DNA of 64,000 bases from Longimicrobiales bacterium (GTDB lineage Bacteria; Gemmatimonadota; Gemmatimonadetes; Longimicrobiales; Gaopeijiaceae): assembly GCA_965202985.1 (NCBI GenBank), contig CBDBCF010000001.1:1632001-1696000 (forward strand), written 5' to 3'. Numbering within the stretch: the stretch's first letter is position 1; each line of letters opens with the position of its first letter. The notes beneath the pieces are model-generated. The model was given only the letters and a program-made list of their open reading frames with translations, ran no database searches and was not told the origin of the DNA. The position numbers were made by a program, and so were the translations under genes. Positions 19,166 to 28,127 of the stretch are shown here, piece by piece.

Positions 19166-20229
19166 ACGGCCGCCGCAATGCGCGCTCCGTGCTCGCGGCC
19201 GTTCTCGATGAAGATCTTGTTGGCGTCGAAGCCGGCGGCGATCACGCCCGCGACGTAGACGCCGGGGACGTTGGTCTCCATGGTGGCCGGATCGTGGGCC
19301 GGAATGCCGCTCTCGGGGTGCGCGCGAACGCCCGCGCCGTGCAGCAGGGCGTGGTCGGGACGCCATCCGGTCATCGCAAGGATCCAGTCCGCGGGGTGCT
19401 CGGCCGACGCGCCGGTCTCCAGTTTGACCACCGTGGCCGTGTCCGGGCCAACAGCCGCCACCCGCGACCGCCAGTGCATCGGGATGTCGCCCGCGGCGAT
19501 CCGATTGTCGATGTCCGGCCGGACCCAGGGCTTGACGCCCCGGTCGAAGGCGGCGCCGAAGTGCACCATCCGCACGCGAACCCCGTTCCGGTGCAGCTCC
19601 AGGGCGGCCTCCACGGCCGAGTTGCCGCCGCCCACCACGATCACGTCCTGTCCGTAGTACGGGTACGGCTCGCGGTAGTAGTGCACGATGCGTCCGTCCG
19701 GGTAGGCGTCCGGCCCACCGGGCAGCTCCAGCCGATTCGGCTCGCCGAAGCCTCCGGTGGCGATCGCCACGGCCCTGGCCGCGTAGATCCGCGCTTCGCC
19801 CCTGCCGCCCGGACGCCTGCAAATCGAGCGAACGCGAAAGCGGGGACCCTGGGCGCCCGCGCCGCCGCCGGCCGCGACCGCCGCGATCTCGTCGTACCGC
19901 CGCAGCGCTCCCGTCTCCGCGATCTCGGCAACCTCTTCGTACTGGCGGACCGCCAAGTCGTGATGCCGCACCACGTGGCGATAGTAGGCAAGCGCCTCCC
20001 GCCGCGTCGGCTTGGGGTCCGGGACGGCAAAGGGCACGCCGCCGATCTCCAGCCGCTCCGCCGTGGAGAAGAAGGTCATGTAGTACGGGTAGCGGATCAG
20101 CGACTGGGCAATGCAACCCTTGTCCAGCACCGCGTAGCGCAGACCGCGTTCCTTGGCCGCCACGCCGACGGCCAGGCCGCAAGGACCTGCGCCGACGATC
20201 AGCAGGTCCAGGGCGTCGTCCCGATGCAC
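19078..20229 (-). CDS. ypdA: YpdA-family FAD/NADPH oxidoreductase (putative bacillithiol disulfide reductase)
   Basis: IVGAGPCGL, YPYYMTFFSTAERLEIGGVPF, KPTRREALAYY, VGGGNSAVEAAL, VKPWVRPD, IFIENGREHG. Confidence 0.88.
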   Translation of the reverse strand: MHRDDALDLLIVGAGPCGLAVGVAAKERGLRYAVLDKGCIAQSLIRYPYYMTFFSTAERLEIGGVPFAVPDPKPTRREALAYYRHVVRHHDLAVRQYEEVAEIAETGALRRYDEIAAVAAGGGAGAQGPRFRVRSICRRPGGRGEARIYAARAVAIATGGFGEPNRLELPGGPDAYPDGRIVHYYREPYPYYGQDVIVVGGGNSAVEAALELHRNGVRVRMVHFGAAFDRGVKPWVRPDIDNRIAAGDIPMHWRSRVAAVGPDTATVVKLETGASAEHPADWILAMTGWRPDHALLHGAGVRAHPESGIPAHDPATMETNVPGVYVAGVIAAGFDANKIFIENGREHGARIAAAVYASASTPTGAPSPSPSRKVAGGSTSLRT

Positions 20230-20239
20230 TCTTCTGGTT

Positions 20240-21757
20240 CTAGTTGACGGGTTGCCCGCCCTTGCCCACTACGGCTTGGCCCGGCCGGGCGCCCGGCACG
20301 TTCTCTCCGTCCCGGACCACGAACTGGCCGTTCACCAGCACGTGGGCCACGCCCCGGGAGTACGACAGATCGTCCTCGAAGGTGGCGGTGTCGATGATCG
20401 ACGCCGGGTCGAAGACCGTGATGTCGGCGTCGGCGCCGGTCTGGATGCGCCCCTTGCGCGTCATTTGGCTCGACATGCCCTCCAGTCGGCGAGCGGGCAT
20501 GAGCGTGATGCGCGCCAGCCCTTCCATGAGCGGGACCAAGCCCTCGTCGCGGACGTAGCGTCCCAGGAAGCGCGAGAACGTGCCGGCGCTGCGCGGATGG
20601 GCGCCCGGCGCGTAGGGCATGCCGTCGGAAGCCACCATGACGAACTCCCGCGACAGCGCTTCGCGTATCCACTCGGGCCGCATCATGTGAATGATCACGG
20701 TGCCGCCCGACGCCCGATAGCGGCGGAAGCTGGCCTCCGTGAGCCGCTCGCCCGTGTCCTGCCACTGAAGGTCGCCGTAGCCGATGCGCAGGTCGTCCTG
20801 CCAGCCAGGATCGAATATGGCGGACTGCAGGCCCGTGGACGCCGCCGTGTAGGGGTACGCCTCCGTGCTGACGTCGAAGCCCCGGTCGCGGACGCCGGCC
20901 ACGAGGTCCATCACCGTGGCGATCTCCCACAGGCTGGAGCTGTTGGCGTGGACGATGTGGAGCGGCGCGCCCGTGACCACCGCGTCCGCGATCACCTCTT
21001 GGATGGCGCCGACGCCCATGCTGCGCACGTGCGTGAAGATCACCGCCTCTTCCTCGGCGGCCAGCTGGAAGACCCGCAGGATCTCTTCGCGCGTGGCCCC
21101 CGGGTAGTACTGGTGCGCCATGCCGACCCCCAGCGCGCCGCCGGCAAGCCCTGCGCGAAGCGCCTCGCGGAGCGCCTCGTGGCGCTCGGGCGGCACCGGG
21201 TCGTAGCGGGCAGCGGACGCGATCCGGCCCACGGCGCGCTCCCCGGCCTCGGCCCCGTTCTCGTAGGCCCGTCGGGCGCGCTCCAGTCCCGGCCGCCCGG
21301 GGACGGCCCACGCCCGAGCGGACATGTGCGACACCGTGGCCCCGAAGTTCAAGACGGCGTCGCCCGCGCGGTGCGCCAGGAACGCCGCCGGATCGGCCAC
21401 GCCGCTCTCCAGCTCGAGCGCCGTGGTGACGCCGTCCCGCGCCTGGAACTCGTTGGCCCGGTTGGTCTGTCCGTGCGCGTGCAGATCGATGAACCCCGGC
21501 GCCACCACGAGCCCCGCCACGTCCACGATCACGTCCCCGTCCAGCGGCTCTTCCGACACCGCCGCGATCTCGGAGCCCACGATGCCCACGTCGCGCACCG
21601 CGTCCAGTGCCGTCTCCGGGTCGATCACGCGACCGCCCCGAAGAACGACGTCGTAGCGTGCGGTCGACTGGGCCGCGACGCCGGCGGGCGCGACAAACAG
21701 GGCGACCGCGACGACGGCGACCGCGACGCGGAGGAACGCTGACGCTCTCGCTCTCAC
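20240..21757 (-). CDS. Secreted amidohydrolase (D-aminoacylase/dihydroorotase-like)
   Basis: Signal peptide; LRGGRVIDPE, VAPGFIDLHAH, EAYPYTA, HPRSAGTF, KGRIQTGADADITVFDP; start approximate. Confidence 0.85.
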   Translation of the reverse strand: MRARASAFLRVAVAVVAVALFVAPAGVAAQSTARYDVVLRGGRVIDPETALDAVRDVGIVGSEIAAVSEEPLDGDVIVDVAGLVVAPGFIDLHAHGQTNRANEFQARDGVTTALELESGVADPAAFLAHRAGDAVLNFGATVSHMSARAWAVPGRPGLERARRAYENGAEAGERAVGRIASAARYDPVPPERHEALREALRAGLAGGALGVGMAHQYYPGATREEILRVFQLAAEEEAVIFTHVRSMGVGAIQEVIADAVVTGAPLHIVHANSSSLWEIATVMDLVAGVRDRGFDVSTEAYPYTAASTGLQSAIFDPGWQDDLRIGYGDLQWQDTGERLTEASFRRYRASGGTVIIHMMRPEWIREALSREFVMVASDGMPYAPGAHPRSAGTFSRFLGRYVRDEGLVPLMEGLARITLMPARRLEGMSSQMTRKGRIQTGADADITVFDPASIIDTATFEDDLSYSRGVAHVLVNGQFVVRDGENVPGARPGQAVVGKGGQPVN

Positions 21758-21886
21758 GATGGGCGGCTCCGGTGGTTTGAGGCTGGGGGGACGAACAATC
21801 GTAACCCGCGACGGGCGGGGCGCAATGTCCCGGGTCCGGGACGCAATGCCAGGCGCGCAAGTCCTAGGGCGCGCAAGTCGGGAAGC

Positions 21887-21915
21887 TTGATGTCCTCCGC
21901 TCTCTTGCGTATCTT
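21887..21915 (+). promoter_or_regulatory. Putative sigma70-type promoter of the tRNA pair
   Basis: TTGATG-N17-TATCTT ending 20 nt before tRNA-Glu. Confidence 0.45.
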
Positions 21916-21935
21916 GCCCGTCCGTTCCTTGAAAT

Positions 21936-22008
21936 GCCCCCATCGTCTAGTGGCCTAGGATACCTGGTTCTCAGCCAGGAGACCGGGGTTCGATTCCCCG
22001 TGGGGGTA
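21936..22008 (+). tRNA. tRNA-Glu (anticodon CTC)
   Basis: Acceptor GCCCCCA/TGGGGGT, anticodon arm CCTGG-TTCTCAG-CCAGG, T-loop GGTTCGATTCC; CCA not encoded. Confidence 0.95.
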
Positions 22009-22033
22009 TTCGGCGGCGACCGCGTCGCCGTTC

Positions 22034-22106
22034 GGTCGCTTAGCTCAGTCGGTAGAGCACTACGCTCACATCGTAGGGGTCGCTGGTTCGAGTCCAGCAG
22101 CGACCA
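22034..22106 (+). tRNA. tRNA-Val (anticodon CAC)
   Basis: Acceptor GGTCGCT/AGCGACC, D-arm TAGCTCAGTCGGTAGAGC, anticodon arm CTACG-CTCACAT-CGTAG, T-loop GGTTCGAGTCC. Confidence 0.95.
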
Positions 22107-22111
22107 TTGAA

Positions 22112-23059
22112 ATGACCCCACGGCGTTCGGAACGCGCATCGGCGCTCGCGAAACGGGAACCGGCGTCCAGGACGGAACCGGCGTCCACGACGACGCCGAG
22201 AGCCGCCCTCGCTCTCCTGGCCCTCTGTTGCGGGGTCGCCCTGGGCCTGTCGCCCGTCTCCGTCCGCGCCGTCCCCCAGCGCACCGCCGCCACCCGGCCG
22301 ATCCTGTCGTTCGACTCCCTGGTGGCTGCTCCAGCCCCTCTTCCGGCGGAGGCCTCCCGTCCGGCCCCGGCTTCTCGGATTGCCCCGCGCGCGTCCGCGT
22401 CCCTCCGCTGGCCAGGCGGCTGGGCCCAGGTCCGCTTCGGCGGCGACGGCGCCACCGACTACTGGGTCACGGAGCTGGACGGCGAGCCGGCACTGTGCGC
22501 GGAGAGCCGCAACCACGCCTCGGCCTTGGTGCGAAGCTTGTCCTTCGATGCCGAGACGCATCCGATCCTGCGGTTCCGCTTCCGGGTGGAGGACGTGGTG
22601 CCCGGCGCCGACGGCCGCGAGAAGAAGAGGGACGACTTCGCCGCCCGCATCTTCGTCAACTTCGAGTTCGACCGCGAGAACGAAAGCCTCCTGTCCCGCC
22701 TTGCCCACGCCGCGTCCGAGCGCATGAAGGAGCGCGAGCTGCCCGGCCGGGCGCTGAACTACGTGTGGGGCGCCGCGACGCCCGCCGGCACCCAGATGCC
22801 CAGCCCGTACACCGACCGCGTGTCCGTCGTGGTCGTGGCCTCGGGCAAGCCCCGCCGCCCGGTGTGGCGGGCGTTCGAGCGCGACGTGGTCGCCGACTTC
22901 ATCGCGGCGTTCGGACATCCGCCGCCGCCCGTCCACAGCGTCGGCGTCATGTCGGACTCGGACGACACGGGCACGCGCGCGTCGGCCTGCTTCGGAGAGA
23001 TCACGGCGGCCACCGTCTTCGGCGCAACCGGAGACGCCTCGGCGAACCGTCGTCCGTAG
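22112..23059 (+). CDS. DUF3047-domain protein
   Basis: Signal-like hydrophobic N-terminus; DDFAARIFVNF, ALNYVW, SPYT, RDVVADF..AFG, MSDSDDT. Confidence 0.8.
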   Translation: MTPRRSERASALAKREPASRTEPASTTTPRAALALLALCCGVALGLSPVSVRAVPQRTAATRPILSFDSLVAAPAPLPAEASRPAPASRIAPRASASLRWPGGWAQVRFGGDGATDYWVTELDGEPALCAESRNHASALVRSLSFDAETHPILRFRFRVEDVVPGADGREKKRDDFAARIFVNFEFDRENESLLSRLAHAASERMKERELPGRALNYVWGAATPAGTQMPSPYTDRVSVVVVASGKPRRPVWRAFERDVVADFIAAFGHPPPPVHSVGVMSDSDDTGTRASACFGEITAATVFGATGDASANRRP

Positions 23060-23092
23060 ACGGCGCGCTCGACGACCACCTCGCAGTTCGCG

Positions 23093-26000
23093 CTACCGCC
23101 TCCGGTCCCAGTAGTCCACGGGGAGGTCGTCCATCCGCCATGCGTCCGGCTCCACCCACCAGTGCTCGCCGTAGGGCGCGCGGGTGGGCCACACCTCGTC
23201 CAAGGTGACCGCGTCTCGCGCGATCCCGCCCTGCACCACGTACAGGATGTCGGTCGTGTTGCGGATGTCGTCCAAGGGGTTGGAGTCGAGCACCAGCAGG
23301 TCGGCCAGCTTGCCGGGCTCGATTGTGCCGATGTCCTGGTCCGCGCCCAAGAAGACGGCGCCGTGCACGCTTGCCACCTCCAGCGCCGTCATGGGATCGG
23401 ACGCCGACTCCGCCATCCATATCTCCCAGTGCGACGCGATCCCGTGGGCCTGTCCATGGGAGCCGATGGCGCCCCAGCCGCCGGCCTCGATCACGTCCAT
23501 CATGCCTTGCGCGATCAAGGGGAAGCTGTAGTCGGTCTCGGGTCTGATCCAGCGCCGCCGCATGTGCGGAATCACCTGGCGCCAGGGCATCCACTGCCGC
23601 TGCTTCTCGTCCAGCCAAGCCTCGCTTTCGGCCAGGAAGTACTCCTCGTTCCACGGCCCAATGCCGCCGACGACGAACGTAGGCGAATACGTGGCGCCGG
23701 CCAGCCCCAGGAACCGGCTCAAGTCGCCGTACATGGGCAAGTAGGTCATGGGATGCTCGAAGCCCGTGTGCCCGTCCATGATCATGCCGATCGTGTAGGG
23801 GGTGTCGTTGTTCTCCGACGTGACCATGAGCCCCTTGGCCCGTGCGATCTCGGACACCCACTGCCGCTGGTCTCGGCGCGGCTGCATGTACTGCTTCAAC
23901 GCCGTCGCCCCCCACGACGCCAAGCGGTTGACGTTCTGCTCGGCCGCCTCGTAGCTGGACAGCTGGTTCTGCCTGGCGCCGTTGCCCCGGTAGAGCGGAT
24001 CGCCCGTGGAGAACGTGCGCGGCCCCGCCACTGCGCCGGCCCGAATCAGCTCGCCGCTGGCGAACACGTTCTGCGACCACATGGAGTTGTCCAGGTTGGT
24101 CGTGACGCCGTACGCCAAGTACACGGCCGACTCGAAGTCGCGCTTGGGGATCAGTCCCCGGTGCTCTCGGTAGTGGTGCGCGTGCATGTCCACGAATCCG
24201 GGCACGATCGTCTTGCCCGTCATGTCCAGCATCTCGGAAGCGCCCGACGTGTCGCACTCGCCCACGCACGCGATGCGGCTGCCCTCGACCAGCACGGTTC
24301 CGTTCTCGACCACCTGCCGGTCGTTCAGCGTGACGATCCGGGCGTTGGTCAGCGCCAGGACGCCTTCGGGGATGCGGCGCGGCACCCGCAGGTCGACGAC
24401 CATCGTGTCCGTGACGCCGGTCGCTGCGTCGTGCACGAAGAAGCGGTCCGCGCTGCCGTACTCGAGCTCGTCGTTCGTGCGCCAGCGGGGGTAGAGCCCG
24501 CCCTCGGTGGTGAGGCGGACGACCGGAACCGGCGCGTTCTCCTTGGTCAGCGCCACGGGCTCTCCGCCCGTTCCGCCCGGGGGCAGCGGCGCCCAGAAGA
24601 CGTTGTCGCCCTCCTGGAAGGCCACGCGACTGCCGTCGGGAGAGATCACGAACTCGTCGCCGAACGGGATCGTGGCGTGCGCGCGCAGATCGGAGCCGTC
24701 CCTGCGCACCGACGTCAGCGCTGTCACGGTGCCGCCGCCCTCGGACTCTTGGCGCGAGGGAAAGTAGATGCGCCCGCCGGGGCCGAACGAGGCGCGAACG
24801 ATCTGGCGTCGGTTGCCCAGCAGGCCCTCGACGCCTCGGGGCAAGGTCATGATCCGCTCTTCCCCGCTGCCGTCGGCCGGCACGCGCCAAAGCTCCCAGT
24901 ACGGGTTCTGCGTCGCCGAGCGGGCACGGGAAGCGGCGCCCGAACCCCTTGTCGCCACGATCTCGGAACCGTCGAGGCTCCACACCGGATGCACGTACTC
25001 GGAGGACGACGTGGTCAGCCGCTGCGGTCCGCTTCCGCCGCCGTCCGCCCGAGTCTTCCAGATGTGGCCGCCGTCCGCGCCGCCCCAAGTGGCGTAGGCG
25101 ATCCACTGCCCGTCGGGAGACCACGCCGGCGAGTATTCGAAGGGGCCGTCGCCGGTCGTGAGTCGCTCGGGTTGGCCGCCGTCCGCCGCCGCGATCCACA
25201 CGCGCCCCACGGCTTGGAAGGCGATCCGCGATCGGTCGGGCGAAGCGCCGTACCAGCGCAGCATCTTGGCTTGGAAGGGGTCGTCGTCGATCCGGAAGCT
25301 GGCGCGGGCCATCTCGGAGATCGTGCGCCGCACGCGCGCCGTGAACGGCACCGTGGTCACCTCCCCGCCGGCCACGTCCAACCTGCGTATCTTGCCCCCC
25401 TGCGTCACGACGATGCCCGAACCGTCGGCGGTCCACGCGTACCCCGGCAGAATGCGCAGCGTCTTGATCCCCTCGGCGTTGTCCACCGTGATCGGGTCCA
25501 TCGCCACGCGCTCCCGTCCCGTCTCCAAGTCGCGGATCCACAGCGCCGCGCGCGGCCCGAAGGTGTGGCCCCGGTACGAGATCGTGCCCCCGGCGATCCG
25601 CCGCGCAAAGGCCAAGTAGCGCCCGTCCGGCGAGATCTCGGCCGCGTAGGCGCTGCCGCTGGACGCGCGAACCTGCTGCGCCGCCGTGCCGTCGGTGACG
25701 AGCGTCACTTCGCCGGTCTCCAAGTCCATGCGTCGCACCTGCCAGTGCCCGGCCATGGCGTCCCTACCCTGAAGCCCCGGCGGCCCCGTGTACACGTGGA
25801 AGTACAGGTGGCGCCCGTCCTTCGACGGCGAAGGCCACGCAGCCTGGGGCTGGTCGGCGACCACCTGCACGCCCTTGCCCCCGTCCCTATGGTACATCCA
25901 GATGCCGCCTGTTGCCGCCCCGAGTCCGGGCGGCAGGCTCTGTCGCCGCACGAAGACGTAGTTGCCGTCCGCCGACCACGCCGGCTCCAAGGCGCGGACC

Positions 26001-26434
26001 ATCGGCTCCTCGAAGACCGCCCTGGCGTTCGATCCGTCGGCGTCCATGATCCACAGGTTGTTCTGGCCCTTGCGGTCGCTGATGAAGGCGATCGATGCGC
26101 CGTCGGGCGAGTAGCGCGGATGGTAGTGGGTCGCAACGCCGGTGCCGCCGGTGAGCAGCTGGGCCTCGCCGCCGCCCTCCGCCGGCACCCGGTAGACGTG
26201 TCCCAGCAGGTCGAAGGCGATCCAGCGCCCGTCCGGCGAGATGTCCAGGGACATCCAGGTGCCTTCGTCGGTGGTGAAGTCGATCTCCCTGGTCTCGCCC
26301 CGCGCAAGCGTCACGTCCCATTCGTCCGCCTGGGCGTCGTCTTCCTGGGCGACGACGGGAGCGGGGGACGCGAGGGCGAAGACGGCGAAGACGACGAGCG
26401 GGGCGGAGAGGCGGGAGAAAGAGGGAGCGCACAC
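23093..26434 (-). CDS. Secreted PD40/TolB-like beta-propeller plus amidohydrolase-domain protein
   Basis: GGAGG RBS and signal peptide; FTTDEGTWMSLDISPDG, repeated SPDG blades, IVPGFVDMHAH, GSHGQ, IGTIEPGKLADLLVLD. Confidence 0.88.
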   Translation of the reverse strand: MCAPSFSRLSAPLVVFAVFALASPAPVVAQEDDAQADEWDVTLARGETREIDFTTDEGTWMSLDISPDGRWIAFDLLGHVYRVPAEGGGEAQLLTGGTGVATHYHPRYSPDGASIAFISDRKGQNNLWIMDADGSNARAVFEEPMVRALEPAWSADGNYVFVRRQSLPPGLGAATGGIWMYHRDGGKGVQVVADQPQAAWPSPSKDGRHLYFHVYTGPPGLQGRDAMAGHWQVRRMDLETGEVTLVTDGTAAQQVRASSGSAYAAEISPDGRYLAFARRIAGGTISYRGHTFGPRAALWIRDLETGRERVAMDPITVDNAEGIKTLRILPGYAWTADGSGIVVTQGGKIRRLDVAGGEVTTVPFTARVRRTISEMARASFRIDDDPFQAKMLRWYGASPDRSRIAFQAVGRVWIAAADGGQPERLTTGDGPFEYSPAWSPDGQWIAYATWGGADGGHIWKTRADGGGSGPQRLTTSSSEYVHPVWSLDGSEIVATRGSGAASRARSATQNPYWELWRVPADGSGEERIMTLPRGVEGLLGNRRQIVRASFGPGGRIYFPSRQESEGGGTVTALTSVRRDGSDLRAHATIPFGDEFVISPDGSRVAFQEGDNVFWAPLPPGGTGGEPVALTKENAPVPVVRLTTEGGLYPRWRTNDELEYGSADRFFVHDAATGVTDTMVVDLRVPRRIPEGVLALTNARIVTLNDRQVVENGTVLVEGSRIACVGECDTSGASEMLDMTGKTIVPGFVDMHAHHYREHRGLIPKRDFESAVYLAYGVTTNLDNSMWSQNVFASGELIRAGAVAGPRTFSTGDPLYRGNGARQNQLSSYEAAEQNVNRLASWGATALKQYMQPRRDQRQWVSEIARAKGLMVTSENNDTPYTIGMIMDGHTGFEHPMTYLPMYGDLSRFLGLAGATYSPTFVVGGIGPWNEEYFLAESEAWLDEKQRQWMPWRQVIPHMRRRWIRPETDYSFPLIAQGMMDVIEAGGWGAIGSHGQAHGIASHWEIWMAESASDPMTALEVASVHGAVFLGADQDIGTIEPGKLADLLVLDSNPLDDIRNTTDILYVVQGGIARDAVTLDEVWPTRAPYGEHWWVEPDAWRMDDLPVDYWDRRR

Positions 26435-26579
26435 GGGGTCCTCCGGGTCGAACGGCGCCTGCGAGCGGGATATGGAACGGGGTGAAGTAGCGCCGCAACC
26501 GGGGCCGGGCAAGAAGTTGCGCGCCGATGTCGTCCGAGTTGCCCTCCGGACCGTTCCTGGCCATTCTACCTTTCTTCCC

Positions 26580-28121
26580 ATGGCAATCGAGAACCCTAGC
26601 GGCGGGCGCGGCAAGGCGGTCGGCCTTTGGCTGGGTCCCGCGCTGGCCGTGCTGTTCCTGGCGTTTCCGGTAGCGCCGGACAACATGCCCGCAAGTCGGT
26701 TGGCGGCGGTGGCGGTGCTCATGGCCGTGTGGTGGGTCACCGACGCCATTCCCCTCTTCGCCACGGCGCTGGTCCCCCTGGTCCTGTACCCGCTCCTGTC
26801 GATCATGGACGGGGGCGACACCGCGCCGCTCTACTTCAACAGCACCATCGTGCTCTTCATCGGCGGCTTCATGATCGCCCTGACGATGGAGAAGTGGAAC
26901 CTGCACCGTCGCATCGCCCTGAACATCATCCACTTCGTGGGCGGCGGTCCGGCGCGCATCGTCCTGGGGTTCATGCTGGCGGCGGCGTTCCTGTCCATGT
27001 GGATCTCCAACACGGCCACGGCGGTCATGATGGTGCCGATCGGCTTGGCGATCGTGCTCCAGATCGAGGACGCGGCCCAGGACAAGGCGCGCCCCCTGAC
27101 CGTGGGACTCATGCTGGGGATCGCCTACGGCTGCTCCGTGGGCGGCCTTACGACGCTGGTGGGCACGCCGCCCAACCTGACCTTCCAGCGCATGTTCGAG
27201 ATCCTGTTCCCCGATGCGCCGGGCATCTCCTTCGGCCAGTGGATGATCATGGCGCTTCCCATCGGAGCCGTCATGCTGGCGGTGTCGTGGTTCCTGATCA
27301 CCCACGTGTTCTTTCGCGTGCCGGAGGGCGTCTCGGTGGACAGGACCGTCGTGGAGAAGGAGCGCGCGCGCCTCGGGCCGGTTTCGTTCGAAGAGCGGGT
27401 CGTGACGGCGGTCTTCGCCCTGACCGCGCTCCTTTGGGTGTTCCGGGGCGACTTGCGCGTGGGCCTCTTCACGATCCCGGGCTGGTCCAACTTGCTCCCC
27501 GACCCCGGGTTGGTGGACGACGGCACCGTGGCGATCGCCATGGCTTCGGTGCTCTTCTTCGTACCCGCGCGAAACCGGGAGCACGGCGACACGCGGGTCA
27601 TGGGCCCCGGCGTGATACCGCGCCTGCCTTGGAACATCGTGCTGCTGCTGGGGGGCGGCTTCGTGCTGGCGGCCGGCTTTCAGGAGACGGGCTTGGCCCG
27701 GATCATCGGCGACCAGTTCCAGGCGCTGGGGAACCTTCCCACCTTCGGCCTGATCCTTCTGGTGTGCCTGTCGCTCACCTTCCTGACGGAGCTGACCAGC
27801 AACACGGCGACCACCGAGATGATCCTTCCGATCCTGGCCTCCGTCGCCGTGGCCACGGGCATCCATCCGCTGGTGCTCATGATCCCCGCCACGCTGTCGG
27901 CTTCGTGCGCCTTCATGATGCCGGTGGCCACGCCGCCCAACTCCATCGTCTTCGGCAGCAACCGCATCACGGTGAGCGAGATGGCCCGCACCGGCATCTT
28001 CCTGAACCTGATCGGCGTCGTGGTGATCGCCGTGGTCGTGTTCACGGTGGGGCTGGTCGTCTTCGACATCGACCCGGCGGTGGTGCCGGAGTGGGCTTCG
28101 TCGCTGTCGGGAGAGCCGTAG
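26580..28121 (+). CDS. SLC13/DASS sodium:dicarboxylate/sulfate symporter
   Basis: WWVTDAIP, FLSMWISNTAT, GTPPN, TELTSNTAT, AFMMPVATPPN. Confidence 0.92.
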   Translation: MAIENPSGGRGKAVGLWLGPALAVLFLAFPVAPDNMPASRLAAVAVLMAVWWVTDAIPLFATALVPLVLYPLLSIMDGGDTAPLYFNSTIVLFIGGFMIALTMEKWNLHRRIALNIIHFVGGGPARIVLGFMLAAAFLSMWISNTATAVMMVPIGLAIVLQIEDAAQDKARPLTVGLMLGIAYGCSVGGLTTLVGTPPNLTFQRMFEILFPDAPGISFGQWMIMALPIGAVMLAVSWFLITHVFFRVPEGVSVDRTVVEKERARLGPVSFEERVVTAVFALTALLWVFRGDLRVGLFTIPGWSNLLPDPGLVDDGTVAIAMASVLFFVPARNREHGDTRVMGPGVIPRLPWNIVLLLGGGFVLAAGFQETGLARIIGDQFQALGNLPTFGLILLVCLSLTFLTELTSNTATTEMILPILASVAVATGIHPLVLMIPATLSASCAFMMPVATPPNSIVFGSNRITVSEMARTGIFLNLIGVVVIAVVVFTVGLVVFDIDPAVVPEWASSLSGEP

Positions 28122-28127
28122 GGGGCG

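Noticed and set aside
21936..22106. tRNA pair as a genomic-island integration site
   Set aside because: No integrase is nearby and I saw no duplicated tRNA 3' end in the window.
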